In this document: piece by piece, positions 25,349-35,282 of the stretch | Position numbering within the stretch: the stretch's first letter is position 1 | Layout of the letters: each line of letters opens with the position of its first letter | From: Alphaproteobacteria bacterium | GTDB lineage: Bacteria; Pseudomonadota; Alphaproteobacteria; Micavibrionales; UBA2020 | DNA: 64,000 nucleotides | NCBI GenBank assembly: GCA_046314385.1 | Contig: JBKBWZ010000001.1 | Span: 7,955 to 71,954, forward strand | Direction: 5' to 3' | Program-made: the position numbers and the translations under genes | Notes under the pieces: generated by a model | Databases searched by the model: none | Told to the model about the DNA's origin: nothing | Seen by the model: the letters and a program-made list of their open reading frames with translations, nothing else

Positions 25349-25458
25349 GCGGCAACCTCCCTCATGGTCTCAATGCTGCATCCATTATATCAGGGGGGCG
25401 ATAAGCAAATAATTAACAAATCCTTCAAAAATCAATTTTTTTGTCATGGAAAAGGACG

Positions 25459-25989
25459 TTAACATATTGGCCGCAAGGCGTTTTTTTCGATATTTTGTGC
25501 GGGGTTGGGCCCGCCGCCCCAGTCTTCCAGCCATAAATCCGGCTTTTCCGCACGAAAAGCCGCCGCCAGTTTGATGCAATCGGCCGCGGCGGCGCTCTGT
25601 GCGGGGTCAAGAACCGTGACCTCGATTCCCTTGGCGCGCAGAAAGAGAATGGTCTCATCGCTGCCCGCATTGACGGTATCGCCAATCACCACACGGGGAA
25701 TGCCAAATTGCGCAATCGTGCCTGCACACATAAAACACGGCTGCAGTGTCGTATAAAGAACGCAGCCGTGCCGGTTCTTCATGCGGCCGGCCGCGCGGAG
25801 GGCAGACATTTCACCGTGCAGGATCGGGTTTCCTTCCTGTACCAGCATATTGTGCCCTTCGCCCAGAACGGCGCCGCGGGCTTCATCCACCAGCACCGCG
25901 CCGATGGGGCAGCCGCCATCGCTATAGCCCTTATGTGCCTGCAGGTAGGCGCGGCGCATGAATTTTTCATCATCGGGGCAGGCATTCAT
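25459..25989 (-). CDS. CDA-fold cytosine deaminase (yeast FCY1-type) / nucleoside deaminase
   Basis: 176 aa. The zinc motifs are HGEMSAL and PCFMCAG. Blocks [20 protein letters not shown] and WLEDWG are colinear with my memory of yeast FCY1. Confidence 0.7.
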   Translation of the reverse strand: MNACPDDEKFMRRAYLQAHKGYSDGGCPIGAVLVDEARGAVLGEGHNMLVQEGNPILHGEMSALRAAGRMKNRHGCVLYTTLQPCFMCAGTIAQFGIPRVVIGDTVNAGSDETILFLRAKGIEVTVLDPAQSAAAADCIKLAAAFRAEKPDLWLEDWGGGPNPAQNIEKNALRPIC

Positions 25990-26078
25990 GGCGTTTTCCC
26001 TTATTTGGCTGTAAAAAAAACATATCTCATGTTACAACCGTAACGCTTTTTAACCGACCCGCCAACAGGAAAGCCCGT

Positions 26079-29000
26079 ATGATCGCCCCCCTCCGCAAGA
26101 CCGTTTTCGACCGCGCGCTGCAAGAGCGCATTCTGGTGCTCGACGGTGCAATGGGCACAATGATCCAGAGCTATAATTTAGGTGAAGCGGAATATCGCGG
26201 GCAGCGTTTTGCCGACTGGCCAAGCGATCTTAAGGGCAATAACGATCTGCTATGTCTGACCCGCCCGCAGGTCATCGAAGAAATTCATACCGCCTATCTG
26301 GATGCCGGTGCCGATATCATCCAGACCAATACATTCAATGCGAACCGTATTTCACTGGCCGATTACGGCATGGAAGATCTCGCCTTCGAGCTGAACCGCG
26401 AAGCCGCCGCGCTGGCACGCCGCGCCGCCGATGCTGCCCAGACGCCGGACAAGCCGCGTTTTGTCGCAGGCAGCATCGGCCCGACCAACCGCACGGCTTC
26501 GATCTCGCCTGATGTGTCCAACCCCAGCGCGCGGAATGTGACCTTTGACCAGCTGGTGGAAGCCTATTTCGAAGCAATCGACGGGCTTGTCGCGGGCGGC
26601 GCGGATATTTTGATGATCGAAACCGTTTTCGACACACTCAACGCCAAGGCCGCCGTCTTTGCAGTGGAAAAATTCTGTGACGAGCGGAACATGCGTCTGC
26701 CGCTGATTATTTCCGGTACCATCACGGATGCTTCGGGACGCACGCTGTCGGGTCAGACGACGGAGGCTTTCTGGCATTCGCTGCGCCATGCCCGTCCTGT
26801 GGCGATCGGCCTGAATTGCGCGCTGGGGCCCAAAGAGCTGAGGCCCTATGTCGAAACTTTATCGAATATCGCGGATACCTGTGTTTGCGCCTATCCCAAC
26901 GCGGGGCTGCCGAATGCTTTTGGCGGCTATGACGAAACGCCTGAGCAGATGATCGCCGAAATGCGCGAATGGGCAGACCGCAGCTTTCTTAATATCATCG
27001 GCGGTTGCTGCGGCACAACGCCTGCGCATATCCGCGTTTTTGCCGAAGCAGTCAAAGGGCGCGCGCCGCGCAAGCCGCCGGAAGTCAAGCCCGCCTGCCG
27101 CCTGTCGGGGCTGGAGCCTTTTACAATTGACGAAGAGAGTTTCTTCGTCAACGTGGGGGAGCGCACGAATGTCACCGGCTCTGCCAAATTCCGCAAGCTG
27201 ATCAAAGACGGCCAGTTCGAAGCCGCCCTGACTGTCGCGCGCGAACAGGTCGATAGCGGCGCGCAGGTGATTGATATCAATATGGACGAGGGGCTGATCG
27301 ATTCTGTCGCGGCCATGACAACGTTTATGAACCTGATCGCGGGGGAGCCGGATATCGCCCGCGTGCCGGTGATGATTGACTCGTCGAAATGGGCCGTGAT
27401 CGAAGCCGGCCTTAAATGCGCACAGGGGAAATGCATCATTAATTCCATCAGCCTGAAAGAAGGCGAAGAGGAATTCATCCGTCATGCAAAACTGGCGATG
27501 CGCTATGGCGCAGCTGTTGTTGTGATGGCTTTTGATGAACAGGGGCAGGCAGATACGATTGGCCGCAAGGTATCGATTTGTACGCGTGCCTATAACATTC
27601 TGACGGAACGGCTGGGCTTCCCCGCCGAAGATATTATTTTTGACCCGAATATTTTTGCAATTGCGACAGGCATTGAAGAACATGATGCCTATGGTCTTAA
27701 TTTTATCGAAGCCACCCGCATTATCAAAAAGACACTACCGCATGCCTTGATTTCGGGCGGCGTTTCCAACGTGTCTTTTTCTCTGCGCGGCAATAACGAA
27801 GTGCGCGAAGCGATCCATTCGGTTTTTCTTTACCATGCGACAAAAGCGGGCATGGATATGGGGATTGTCAATGCAGGCCAGCTGGCAATTTACGACGATA
27901 TTCCGCGTGAATTGCGTGATGTGGTCGAAGATGTGGTGCTCAACCGCCGCGCCGGCGCCACCGAAGACCTGCTGAAGCTGGCTGAAAAATATCGCAGCGA
28001 TGGCAAAACGGCAGAAAAAGTCGACGACGTCTGGCGCAGCCTGCCGGTTGAAAAACGTCTGGAACATTCGCTCGTCAAAGGTATTGATGCCTTTATCGAA
28101 GAAGATACCGAAGCGGCACGGCAAGCCTCCAGCCGCGCACTTGATGTCATCGAAGGCCCTCTGATGTCGGGCATGAACGTTGTCGGCGATCTGTTTGGCG
28201 AAGGAAAGATGTTCTTGCCGCAGGTGGTGAAATCTGCGCGCGTGATGAAAAAAGCGGTCGCTTATCTGCTGCCCTATATGGAGGCCGAAAAAGACGGCAA
28301 AGCCAAAAGCGCCGGCAAAATCCTGCTGGCAACCGTCAAGGGCGATGTGCACGACATCGGCAAGAACATTGTCGGCATTGTGTTCCAGTGTAACGGCTAT
28401 GAAATTATCGATCTGGGCGTTATGGTGCCCTGCGAAAAAATCTTGCAGACCGCGCGCGATGAGAATGTCGATATCATCGGTCTTTCCGGCCTGATTACCC
28501 CGTCGCTTGAAGAAATGACGCATGTGGCGTCTGAAATGAAACGTCTGGGCTTTACCGTGCCGCTGCTGATCGGCGGGGCGACGACGTCCGAAGTGCACAC
28601 CGCCGTCAAGATCGCGCCGCATTACGAGCATGGCGTGGTGTATGTTGCCGATGCGTCACGCGCCGTCGGTGTTGTCAGCGCGCTTCTGAGCGACACGCAA
28701 AAGCCGGAATATCTGGGCACGATTAACCGGAAATATGCCGAAGCGCGTGAACGCTTTGCGGCGCGCGGGCCGAATAAAAAACTTATTCCGCTGGAAACGG
28801 CGCGGGCGAATGCCTTCCGTCCTGACTGGAAAGCCTATACGCCGCCGCAACCGCAAAAGCCCGGCCTGCATGTGCTCGACGATGTGACGTTTGATGTGCT
28901 GCGTCCTTATATCGACTGGTCGCCGTTTTTCTATACCTGGGGCCTGATGATGAAATACCCCAAAATTTTCGACGATGAAAATATCGGCGAAGAGGCGAAA

Positions 29001-29753
29001 AAGATATACAAAGACGCGCAGGAGATGATCGAAAAATTCAAATCCGACCCGCGCATTCGCCCGCGCGGCGTTGTGGCGCTGCTGCCGGCCGCAGCGGATG
29101 GAGAAGATATCATCGTCTATAGCGATGACAGCCGCACGCAGGAAATCAACCGCGTGATCGGCCTGCGTCAGCAGCTGGCGCGCGAAGGCGGAAAGCCGAA
29201 TTACAGCCTGGCCGATTTTATTGCGCCCGCAGAGAGCGGCGTGCCCGATTATCTGGGCTGCTTTGCCGTAACGGCCGGCGATGGACTGGAGCAGATCGTT
29301 GCAGAATACGAAGCGGCCCATGACGCCTATGGCAGCATGATGGCCAAGGCCGTGGCCGACCGCTTTGCCGAAGCTTTCGCCGAATACCTGCATGAACGCG
29401 TGCGCCGCGAATTCTGGGGCTATGCCGCGGGCGAAGCGCTGGATGTCGACGGGCTGATCGCCGAGAATTATCAAGGCATTCGTCCGGCACCAGGCTATCC
29501 GGCCAACCCTGACCATACGCAAAAAATTACATTGTGGCAGTTGCTGGATGCAGAAAAAAATACCGGCATCACTCTGACAGAAAGTCTGGCCATGTGGCCA
29601 GCGTCGTCGGTGAGCGGCTTTTATTTCTCCCATCCGGACAGCTATTACCTCAGCATCAATAATATCGGCCGTGACCAGCTGGAAGACTATGCGCGCCGCC
29701 GCGGCATCGACGTTGCAGAGGCAGAGCGCTGGCTGGCGCCCATACTCGATTAA
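26079..29753 (+). CDS. metH: cobalamin-dependent methionine synthase
   Basis: 1224 aa with the full Hcy / pterin / B12 ([11 protein letters not shown]) / AdoMet-activation domain order. The Hcy-domain Cys motifs are GLNCALGP and GGCCGTTP. Confidence 0.97.
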   Translation: MIAPLRKTVFDRALQERILVLDGAMGTMIQSYNLGEAEYRGQRFADWPSDLKGNNDLLCLTRPQVIEEIHTAYLDAGADIIQTNTFNANRISLADYGMEDLAFELNREAAALARRAADAAQTPDKPRFVAGSIGPTNRTASISPDVSNPSARNVTFDQLVEAYFEAIDGLVAGGADILMIETVFDTLNAKAAVFAVEKFCDERNMRLPLIISGTITDASGRTLSGQTTEAFWHSLRHARPVAIGLNCALGPKELRPYVETLSNIADTCVCAYPNAGLPNAFGGYDETPEQMIAEMREWADRSFLNIIGGCCGTTPAHIRVFAEAVKGRAPRKPPEVKPACRLSGLEPFTIDEESFFVNVGERTNVTGSAKFRKLIKDGQFEAALTVAREQVDSGAQVIDINMDEGLIDSVAAMTTFMNLIAGEPDIARVPVMIDSSKWAVIEAGLKCAQGKCIINSISLKEGEEEFIRHAKLAMRYGAAVVVMAFDEQGQADTIGRKVSICTRAYNILTERLGFPAEDIIFDPNIFAIATGIEEHDAYGLNFIEATRIIKKTLPHALISGGVSNVSFSLRGNNEVREAIHSVFLYHATKAGMDMGIVNAGQLAIYDDIPRELRDVVEDVVLNRRAGATEDLLKLAEKYRSDGKTAEKVDDVWRSLPVEKRLEHSLVKGIDAFIEEDTEAARQASSRALDVIEGPLMSGMNVVGDLFGEGKMFLPQVVKSARVMKKAVAYLLPYMEAEKDGKAKSAGKILLATVKGDVHDIGKNIVGIVFQCNGYEIIDLGVMVPCEKILQTARDENVDIIGLSGLITPSLEEMTHVASEMKRLGFTVPLLIGGATTSEVHTAVKIAPHYEHGVVYVADASRAVGVVSALLSDTQKPEYLGTINRKYAEARERFAARGPNKKLIPLETARANAFRPDWKAYTPPQPQKPGLHVLDDVTFDVLRPYIDWSPFFYTWGLMMKYPKIFDDENIGEEAKKIYKDAQEMIEKFKSDPRIRPRGVVALLPAAADGEDIIVYSDDSRTQEINRVIGLRQQLAREGGKPNYSLADFIAPAESGVPDYLGCFAVTAGDGLEQIVAEYEAAHDAYGSMMAKAVADRFAEAFAEYLHERVRREFWGYAAGEALDVDGLIAENYQGIRPAPGYPANPDHTQKITLWQLLDAEKNTGITLTESLAMWPASSVSGFYFSHPDSYYLSINNIGRDQLEDYARRRGIDVAEAERWLAPILD

Positions 29754-29789
29754 CAGCTGTGGTTGCGGTCTGTCTGTTTTTGGCGCACA

Positions 29790-30710
29790 ATGAATGACGC
29801 AAACAAAAGAAAGCAGCCGTCCATGCCCGGAGGATTTCGTAAGTTTTTCAATATCCTGACCGAAGCACAGCGTGCGGCGGTGGAATGGAGCGGCATGCAT
29901 ATCGGCTGGCCGTATGTGCGCGACAGGCTGCCGCAGGGCGACTGGCACCCGGTTTTGTTTTTTCCGGGATTTCTGACCACCGATGGCTATACCTCGGCGC
30001 TGCGCGAGCGCGTGGCCGGGGCCGGGTTTAAAACCTATAGCTGGGAAGGGGGGCTCAACTTCGGCCTGGATGCGGAAACCGCCGAACATGTCGCGCGCCG
30101 CCTGCACGAAGTTTATGCTGAAAACGGCGGGCGCAAAGTCTCGCTGGTCGGCTACAGTCTCGGCGGCCTTTATGCGCGTGAACTGGCACGCGAGTTTCCG
30201 GACATGGTACGTGCGGTGGTCACACTGGGCACACCCTTTGGCCGGATGGAGGATACCGCGCAGGCCTCGCCCTTGCCGATTGACAAGATCATCCGCTTTT
30301 TTACACGCGACAGCGTGCATGATGCGCAGGCCGATATCGGTGCGCGCTGCCTGACGCCGCCGCCTGTGCCGACCACATCCGTCTATTCACGCAACGATGG
30401 CGTGGCAGAGTGGGATGCCAGCCTGAACCCCAAAGCAAAACAAGCCGAAAACGTAGAAGTTTACGGCAGCCATCTGGGCATGACGGTAAACCCGCTGACG
30501 ATTGCCGTGGTGATCGACAGGCTGGCGCAGCCGGAGGGCGCGTGGAAGAAATTTTCGCCGCATCCGGATTTTACCCGTGCCTATCCGGAGACGCGCAAGA
30601 TTGACCTGCCCAAAAATCCGCGCTGGACGCTCAAGGGTAAAAAAGCCGTGCGCATTTTTGGCGCAGCCCCTGCGCGCAACCCCAAATCAAAAGATGCGCC
30701 GCATCCTTGA
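29790..30710 (+). CDS. alpha/beta hydrolase (lipase/esterase-like), paralog A
   Basis: The start is taken at MNDANKRK. The nucleophile elbow is GYSLGG. Blocks PGFLTTDGYT, TLGTP, PPPVPTTSVYSRNDG and GSHLGM are shared with the 53343-54191 gene. Confidence 0.8.
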   Translation: MNDANKRKQPSMPGGFRKFFNILTEAQRAAVEWSGMHIGWPYVRDRLPQGDWHPVLFFPGFLTTDGYTSALRERVAGAGFKTYSWEGGLNFGLDAETAEHVARRLHEVYAENGGRKVSLVGYSLGGLYARELAREFPDMVRAVVTLGTPFGRMEDTAQASPLPIDKIIRFFTRDSVHDAQADIGARCLTPPPVPTTSVYSRNDGVAEWDASLNPKAKQAENVEVYGSHLGMTVNPLTIAVVIDRLAQPEGAWKKFSPHPDFTRAYPETRKIDLPKNPRWTLKGKKAVRIFGAAPARNPKSKDAPHP

Positions 30711-30720
30711 CCGTTGGTGT

Positions 30721-33700
30721 TTAAAGCGTCGGGCTGCGTGACGGTACGGCGGCGACTTTCTGTGCAGCCGGTTTTTTATCGGCCGGCGTTTCGGGCGCAG
30801 GCGCAGCGGCGGGCGGTGTCACGCCATAGCTGCGGTCCAGTACCGGTGTGATTTCCGCGGCAATGGCAGCTTTCAGCGTCTGCGTCATCAGGCCGCTGGT
30901 GAATTTATAATCGGCCGCTTCGGGGCCTTCGACATAGGCGGTCATCGCGCCGTAAAAACGATCGCCAATGGTATAGACCAGCGTGGCGGTACGGCTTTTC
31001 ACTTCGGATGAAATCACGCCGCCGCGCGCCGTTACAGTATGCGAGCGGTTGTCGCCGGTACCTGTTTTGGCGCCAATCGGCAGCACCGTGCCATCGCTCA
31101 GTTTGATGCTGCCAAAGGCGCGGCGGGCGGTGCCCAGTTCGACCACGTTCTGCATTTCGCGGCGCACCAGCTGCGCAACTTCGGCGGGCAGGACGCGTTT
31201 GGGTTCGGCTTTACCTGCTTTGAAATCGAGCGCGTAGGGTGTGTTCTCGCCGAATTTGATATCGGTGAATTTTGTGGCAGGTACCAAAAGCCCGTCATTC
31301 TGGATGATGCCGGCCAAGGTCGCCAGTGCGGCAGGCGTATCGCCCGACGATCCAAGGGCGGAGGCATAGGATGCCGTCATTTTATCAAACGGAAATCCTT
31401 TTTCTTTCCATGTCGCGTGGATATGCGTGAAGGCTTCGTTTTCCAGCATGGTACGGATGCGGGTGTTTTGTCCTTGCAGGCTGTTTGATTTAAACAGCCA
31501 TTCATAAACTTCCTGCCGCGTTTGTGCAGAAGCGGCAACGGCGTCGCTCCAGCCGGCCTCCGGCTTTTCAGCGCGGTGCGATGCCAGCCACAGCGCCAGC
31601 GGATGGATCCGTGTCAGATAGGCGCGGTCGTTGAGGTTGAATTTTCCGGGCGCATGCTCTTCGTAATAGCGTTTGAAATCGGCATCGGGCGCACAGGTTT
31701 GGCAATGTTTGCGAATAAAGCCGCTCATCTCATCCAGCGTTGCATCGGGATAGAGCGAGCGGTGCACCACGGCCAGCTGCAGCGGCGTCTTGCGCGTCTG
31801 TCCGGCCAGAATGTCGGCGGTTTCCTCAAGCGTTTTGCCGCGCTGTTGCTGCCATGCCCTGAAGAGGAACGTTGTGCCTTCCTTGTCGGCGAAACGCTCC
31901 AGATATTCGCGGCGGGTTTCGCTTTGCGTGTCGGTATAGATATTCGGGTCGATATCCATTTTCTGGTAGAGCGTGTAATTCACCACATCGCGCATGATAC
32001 GGACAAAAGCCAGGTTATTGGATTTGTGGAAGGCTTCTTTGACCGTAAAGCTGCGGCCGTTTTCGTTGTTTTCGAAGTTGCTGAAGGTATGCACACCGCC
32101 GCCGGTAAAAAAACGTTCATGCGGGCTGGCGCTATAGCTGCGGTTCAGCGCGGCTTCAAGCGTGCCTTGCAAAGACGTATCAGCCGAAGCGGACTGCAGA
32201 TGGTCGATAACAAAACGTGTCAGTTTGTCATCCGGGTGTACGGTATAGTTGCGGCGGCTGTCGGCATCGACGGCACTGAACTTTCCGTGCAGATCGGCAA
32301 TGGCCTCCAGATACGAAACCAATGTGCGCAGCTTGGCGGTAGAACCCAGCTCCAGCTTGGAATCTTCATTCAGGTTGAACTGGCCGTTGAAATTGTCGGC
32401 CTGCACGCGCAGCACGTTCTGACCGTCAGGCAGACGTTCATAAAGCGTGTATGTATAAGTGATATTTGCGCCCTGTCCGGGTTTGAGCAGGCGGAACCCT
32501 GTCAGCCCGTGCTGTTCAGCCACGGCGGGATCGTTAAGGCTGTGCAGCTTTTTCGATACGGCGCGGTCAACCGGCACATCCAGCGTTGTGCGGGCAGTGA
32601 GGTCTAGGCGGTTGAGCTCGTACAGGCTTTTCATTTCAAGGGCGCGCAGCAGGTCAATTTGCAGCGCCGTGACAGCTTTCTGCGGATTGGGCGGTGTGGC
32701 ATGCTCGGCACGTACCTGCTGTGGATCGGCATAGGTCACACGGACGGCCAGCGTGGCATCACGCAGGCGCGGGCTGATAATACCTTCCTGCGCCAGCAGC
32801 GGCAGATAGGCATCAACGCGCGCTTCCAGCTCCGCACGTTCACGCAGGAAATAAGCGGAAGGTTTTTTAACGGACATGATGATGCTCAGCGTTTCGCGGT
32901 AAGCAATGGCTTTTTCGCGCATTTCCGCATCGCTGAGGCGGGTTTCATCCTTTTGCAGCAGTGCATTCACCTGCGCGGGGTCTTTGCCGAACCAGGCCTT
33001 GAGCCCGTCGGAGAAGCCATGCACTTCACCAAATCCGGGCACAGCCGAAAGGGGGATGGCATTGATGTAGTCAAGCGCGATACGTTGGCGGGCCTGGAGT
33101 GTGTTTGACCCTTCGGTATAGGCGCGCACCGATGCCGTCAGCATCTGGCGAAACTTTTCCGATTTGCTGCCACTGGTTTCACCGCCCGGAGAATGACGGA
33201 ATTTTTCAAGCTGGGTGGCCAGCGTCGATGCACCGGCGCCGCCGTTGCCGGTTAAATCCTGCTTGGCGGCATAGACAAGGCGTTCCCATTCAATCGCAGG
33301 GTTTTTTGCTTCAAAGCGGTTGCCGAACAACTCGCGGTTTTCAACGAAAAGAAGGCTTTTGACAAGCGCAGGGGGTACATCGTCAAAGCTTGCGTAGACC
33401 TGACGGGGGAAACGCGCGTCATGCAGGTCGCGGCCCAGATCGTCGGTGATGCGCAGGCCAGCCTGAGCTTTTTCATTATAAATCGGAAAGAGGCGGATGC
33501 CCGCAATCTTGCGTTCCTGCCATTCGGTTTCACCTTGCAGTTCATATCCGCGTTCGGTCAGGTTGCGGCGGATGTCGAGCGTCTGGGCATAGCCAAGGCG
33601 CATATCATAGGGGCCCGCCGCATAAGGCGCGCTATCGGGTCCGCTGGTTTTTGTCTCGGTGAAGGATCGCCCTTCGGCGGCGGCGGTAAATATTTTGGCC

Positions 33701-33894
33701 TGTACAAAAGAAGTCTGCGTTTCAACCGCGATACCCGCCGTCAGAACGGTGCCGGTGATGGCAAGGCCATAGACCCACTTTGGGACGGAACTGTACCAGT
33801 GAATTTTCTTGATCTTTTGTTCGCGGCCGGCGGCTGCGTTTTTTTCTGCGGCGTTTTTCGAGTCATCGCCAAGACCGTTTTTTTCTGTAGCCAT
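30721..33894 (-). CDS. large class-A penicillin-binding-protein-like protein (GT51-like + transpeptidase-like)
   Basis: 1057 aa with an N-terminal TM anchor. The GT51-like blocks are LLFVENRELF (degenerate EDxxF) and GASTLATQLEKF. The transpeptidase motifs are STAK (SxxK), SNN (SxN) and KTGT. Confidence 0.75.
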   Translation of the reverse strand: MATEKNGLGDDSKNAAEKNAAAGREQKIKKIHWYSSVPKWVYGLAITGTVLTAGIAVETQTSFVQAKIFTAAAEGRSFTETKTSGPDSAPYAAGPYDMRLGYAQTLDIRRNLTERGYELQGETEWQERKIAGIRLFPIYNEKAQAGLRITDDLGRDLHDARFPRQVYASFDDVPPALVKSLLFVENRELFGNRFEAKNPAIEWERLVYAAKQDLTGNGGAGASTLATQLEKFRHSPGGETSGSKSEKFRQMLTASVRAYTEGSNTLQARQRIALDYINAIPLSAVPGFGEVHGFSDGLKAWFGKDPAQVNALLQKDETRLSDAEMREKAIAYRETLSIIMSVKKPSAYFLRERAELEARVDAYLPLLAQEGIISPRLRDATLAVRVTYADPQQVRAEHATPPNPQKAVTALQIDLLRALEMKSLYELNRLDLTARTTLDVPVDRAVSKKLHSLNDPAVAEQHGLTGFRLLKPGQGANITYTYTLYERLPDGQNVLRVQADNFNGQFNLNEDSKLELGSTAKLRTLVSYLEAIADLHGKFSAVDADSRRNYTVHPDDKLTRFVIDHLQSASADTSLQGTLEAALNRSYSASPHERFFTGGGVHTFSNFENNENGRSFTVKEAFHKSNNLAFVRIMRDVVNYTLYQKMDIDPNIYTDTQSETRREYLERFADKEGTTFLFRAWQQQRGKTLEETADILAGQTRKTPLQLAVVHRSLYPDATLDEMSGFIRKHCQTCAPDADFKRYYEEHAPGKFNLNDRAYLTRIHPLALWLASHRAEKPEAGWSDAVAASAQTRQEVYEWLFKSNSLQGQNTRIRTMLENEAFTHIHATWKEKGFPFDKMTASYASALGSSGDTPAALATLAGIIQNDGLLVPATKFTDIKFGENTPYALDFKAGKAEPKRVLPAEVAQLVRREMQNVVELGTARRAFGSIKLSDGTVLPIGAKTGTGDNRSHTVTARGGVISSEVKSRTATLVYTIGDRFYGAMTAYVEGPEAADYKFTSGLMTQTLKAAIAAEITPVLDRSYGVTPPAAAPAPETPADKKPAAQKVAAVPSRSPTL

Positions 33895-34013
33895 GCTACA
33901 GCACTCCCCGCCCCGAGGGCCGACGTGTGTTTATGTGAAATGAAGTATAGCAAACGCCATGAAACTTGCAATCAGAAAACAGATACAAATTTGAAACGTA
34001 TTAAGATCATGAA

Positions 34014-35282
34014 TTATATACATTTTTCTGAGTGAGGGGCCTTTTTGCCGCAAGCGAAGAGAATCTGCCGCGCCGCTGCAACCCCTGTGGCAAAGCTTGC
34101 CTGCAGCAGATATCCGCCGGTGGGTGCTTCCCAGTCGAGCATTTCACCTGCGGCATATACATCAGGTATCGCACGCAGGCGGTAGCCATCAAGCGCCGTG
34201 GCGCGAATGCCGCCCGCACTTGAAATCGCGCGGTCGATCGAAAACGGCGCCTCAAGACGCAGCGGCAGTGCCTTGATACGCGCGGCCAAAGCCTGCGGCG
34301 AAAGCGTGCTGATATCATTGCCCGACGCGGCCGTTTCGCGCAGCAACATAGCGGCCAGCGGTGAAAGCCCGCCTGCACTGCGCAGCCATGTGCCAAGCGA
34401 TTTTGCACTGCGCGGTGCCGCCAGTTTTTGCGCGAGTGTTTTTAAATCCAGTCCCGGCCGCAAATCGAGGTTGACGGTTGCAAAACCGCCGGTTTCTATC
34501 GCATCGCGCAGCGGGGCGGAGAGGGCGTAGATGCCGCCGCCTTCGATGCCTTGCGCAGTGATCATCGCTTCGCCTTCTATGCGGCGGCTCTCAAAAGAGA
34601 GCGCCAGCGGTTTGAGCGGATGACCGGCGGCTTTTTCAACGAAAAACGGTGACCAGGCTACTTGAAAACCGCAGTTTGCGGGACGAAAGGGGGCAAGATC
34701 AACACCGCGCGCTGCCAGCAGCGGCTGCCATGTGCCATCTGCCCCAAGCCGTGGCCACGAGGCGCCGCCCAAAGCCAGCAGCAGGGCCGCAGGAGGGGCA
34801 TAGCGTTGAGAGCCATCCGGCGCTGTGAAAATAACGTCTCCTTGCGCATCCCAGCCCTGCCAATCATGCGAAAAACGAAAAGTAACGCCCATGCCCGACA
34901 GCCGTGCCTGCCATGCCCGCAGCAGCGGCGATGCTTTGAAACTTTTGGGGAAAACGCGCCCGCTGCTGCCAATAAAAGTATCCTCGCCCAAACCGGCGCA
35001 CCAGCTGCGCAGGGCATCAGGTGTGAAATCACGGATGGCTTGTTCGACCAGCCCGCGCCCGCTGCCGTAGCGTGCCAGAAAAGTATCCAGATGTTCACTG
35101 TGCGTCAGGTTCAACCCCCCGCGCCCAGCCATGAGAAATTTACGTGCAGGTACGGGTTTGCGCTCGAAAACTTGCACCGCCCTGCCTGCTGCGGCAAGTA
35201 TCTCTGCTGCCATCAGTCCTGCGGGGCCGGCACCGATAATATAAATATCAACGGACGGCAAAGGGGGGGCGGGTGCGGTCAT
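34014..35282 (-). CDS. NAD(P)/FAD-dependent oxidoreductase, HI0933/BaiN-like flavoprotein
   Basis: 422 aa. It has the N-terminal dinucleotide fold YIIGAGPAGLMAAE and the C-terminal AGEMLDWEAPTGGY typical of the HI0933 family. Confidence 0.85.
   Translation of the reverse strand: MTAPAPPLPSVDIYIIGAGPAGLMAAEILAAAGRAVQVFERKPVPARKFLMAGRGGLNLTHSEHLDTFLARYGSGRGLVEQAIRDFTPDALRSWCAGLGEDTFIGSSGRVFPKSFKASPLLRAWQARLSGMGVTFRFSHDWQGWDAQGDVIFTAPDGSQRYAPPAALLLALGGASWPRLGADGTWQPLLAARGVDLAPFRPANCGFQVAWSPFFVEKAAGHPLKPLALSFESRRIEGEAMITAQGIEGGGIYALSAPLRDAIETGGFATVNLDLRPGLDLKTLAQKLAAPRSAKSLGTWLRSAGGLSPLAAMLLRETAASGNDISTLSPQALAARIKALPLRLEAPFSIDRAISSAGGIRATALDGYRLRAIPDVYAAGEMLDWEAPTGGYLLQASFATGVAAARQILFACGKKAPHSEKCI

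Noticed and set aside
25990-26078. Possible SAM-type riboswitch upstream of metH (ATTTGGCTG ... AACGCTTTTT).
   Set aside because: It has only a loose resemblance to the SAM-II GGCUU/AAAGCU elements. The region is just 89 nt, and I could not draw a convincing pseudoknot. An Infernal scan would settle it.
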